Origin: Squalus acanthias | Taxonomy: Eukaryota | Length of the DNA: 64,000 nucleotides | Direction of reading: 5' to 3' | NCBI GenBank assembly: GCA_030390025.1 | Contig: CM059433.1 | Span: 28,150,001 to 28,214,000 of the forward strand | Shown: positions 63,560 through 64,000 of the stretch, piece by piece | How the letters are laid out: each line of letters begins with the position of its first letter | How positions within the stretch are numbered: the first letter of the stretch is position 1 | Notes under the pieces: generated by a model | The model's input: the letters and a program-made list of their open reading frames with translations, nothing else | What the model was told of the DNA's origin: nothing | The model's database searches: none | Translations under genes and position numbers: made by a program

Positions 63560-64000
63560 GCATAGAATTTGCAGCACAGAAACAGGCCATTTGGCCCAGC
63601 TGGTCTATGCCAATGTTTATGCTCCACACGAGCCTCCTCCCACCCTTCTTCATCTCACCCTATCAGCATATCCTTCTATTCCTTTTGCCTTCCTGTGTTT
63701 ATCTAGCTTCCCCATAAATGCATCAATGCTATTTGCCTCAACTACTCCATGTTCTACATTCTCGCCACTTTCTGGGTAAAGAAGTTTCTCCTGAATTCCC
63801 TATTGGATTTATTGGTAACTACCTTATATTAATGATCCCTAGTTTTTGTCTACCCCACAAGTGGAAACATCTTCTCTGCGTCTACCCTATCAAACCCTTT
63901 CATAATTTTAAAGACCTCTATCAGGTCACCCCCTCAGCCTTCTCTTTTCAAGAGAAAAGAGCCCCAGCTTGTTGAGTCTTTCCTGATCGTTATAACCTCT
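63560..64000 (-). mobile_element. CR1 3' fragment running off the window end
   Basis: Same family as 41620-42050. Confidence 0.8.

Overview
Eukaryotic, intron-rich vertebrate DNA. The repeat families (DeuSINE/SacSINE1-like, CR1, L2, Penelope-like) point to a cartilaginous fish, probably a shark (inference). Two genes sit head-to-head. On the minus strand is the 5' end of dystonin (DST/BPAG1): four exons of the transmembrane isoform-2 N-terminus (23530-23350, 22386-22355, 14069-13881, 10595-10391) and the alternative isoform-1 first exon (8918-8819). On the plus strand is the 5' end of ZNF451: a CpG-rich promoter at about 38.1-38.6 kb and coding exons 44581-44649, 45970-46053 and 56461-56577, which encode the tandem-SIM/PLRP SUMO-ligase module. 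Most of the remainder is nested transposon sequence, and most ORF-track entries are LINE fragments or noise. Main observations: (1) a ~3.5 kb retroposon in which a tRNA-like Pol III head is fused directly to a whole LINE EN+RT region, with no ORF1, essentially no sense-strand TTTT terminators and the same in-frame TGA in three copies, plus a short SINE derivative; (2) two Penelope-like families carrying hammerhead-ribozyme cores, inserted as near-perfect palindromes, one in DST sense orientation; (3) in-frame tandem splice donors and acceptors inside the ZNF451 SIM1-PLRP module; (4) a 1.3 kb solo LTR and a Vingi/Ingi-like fragment. All calls were made by eye with no database search, and repeat boundaries are approximate.
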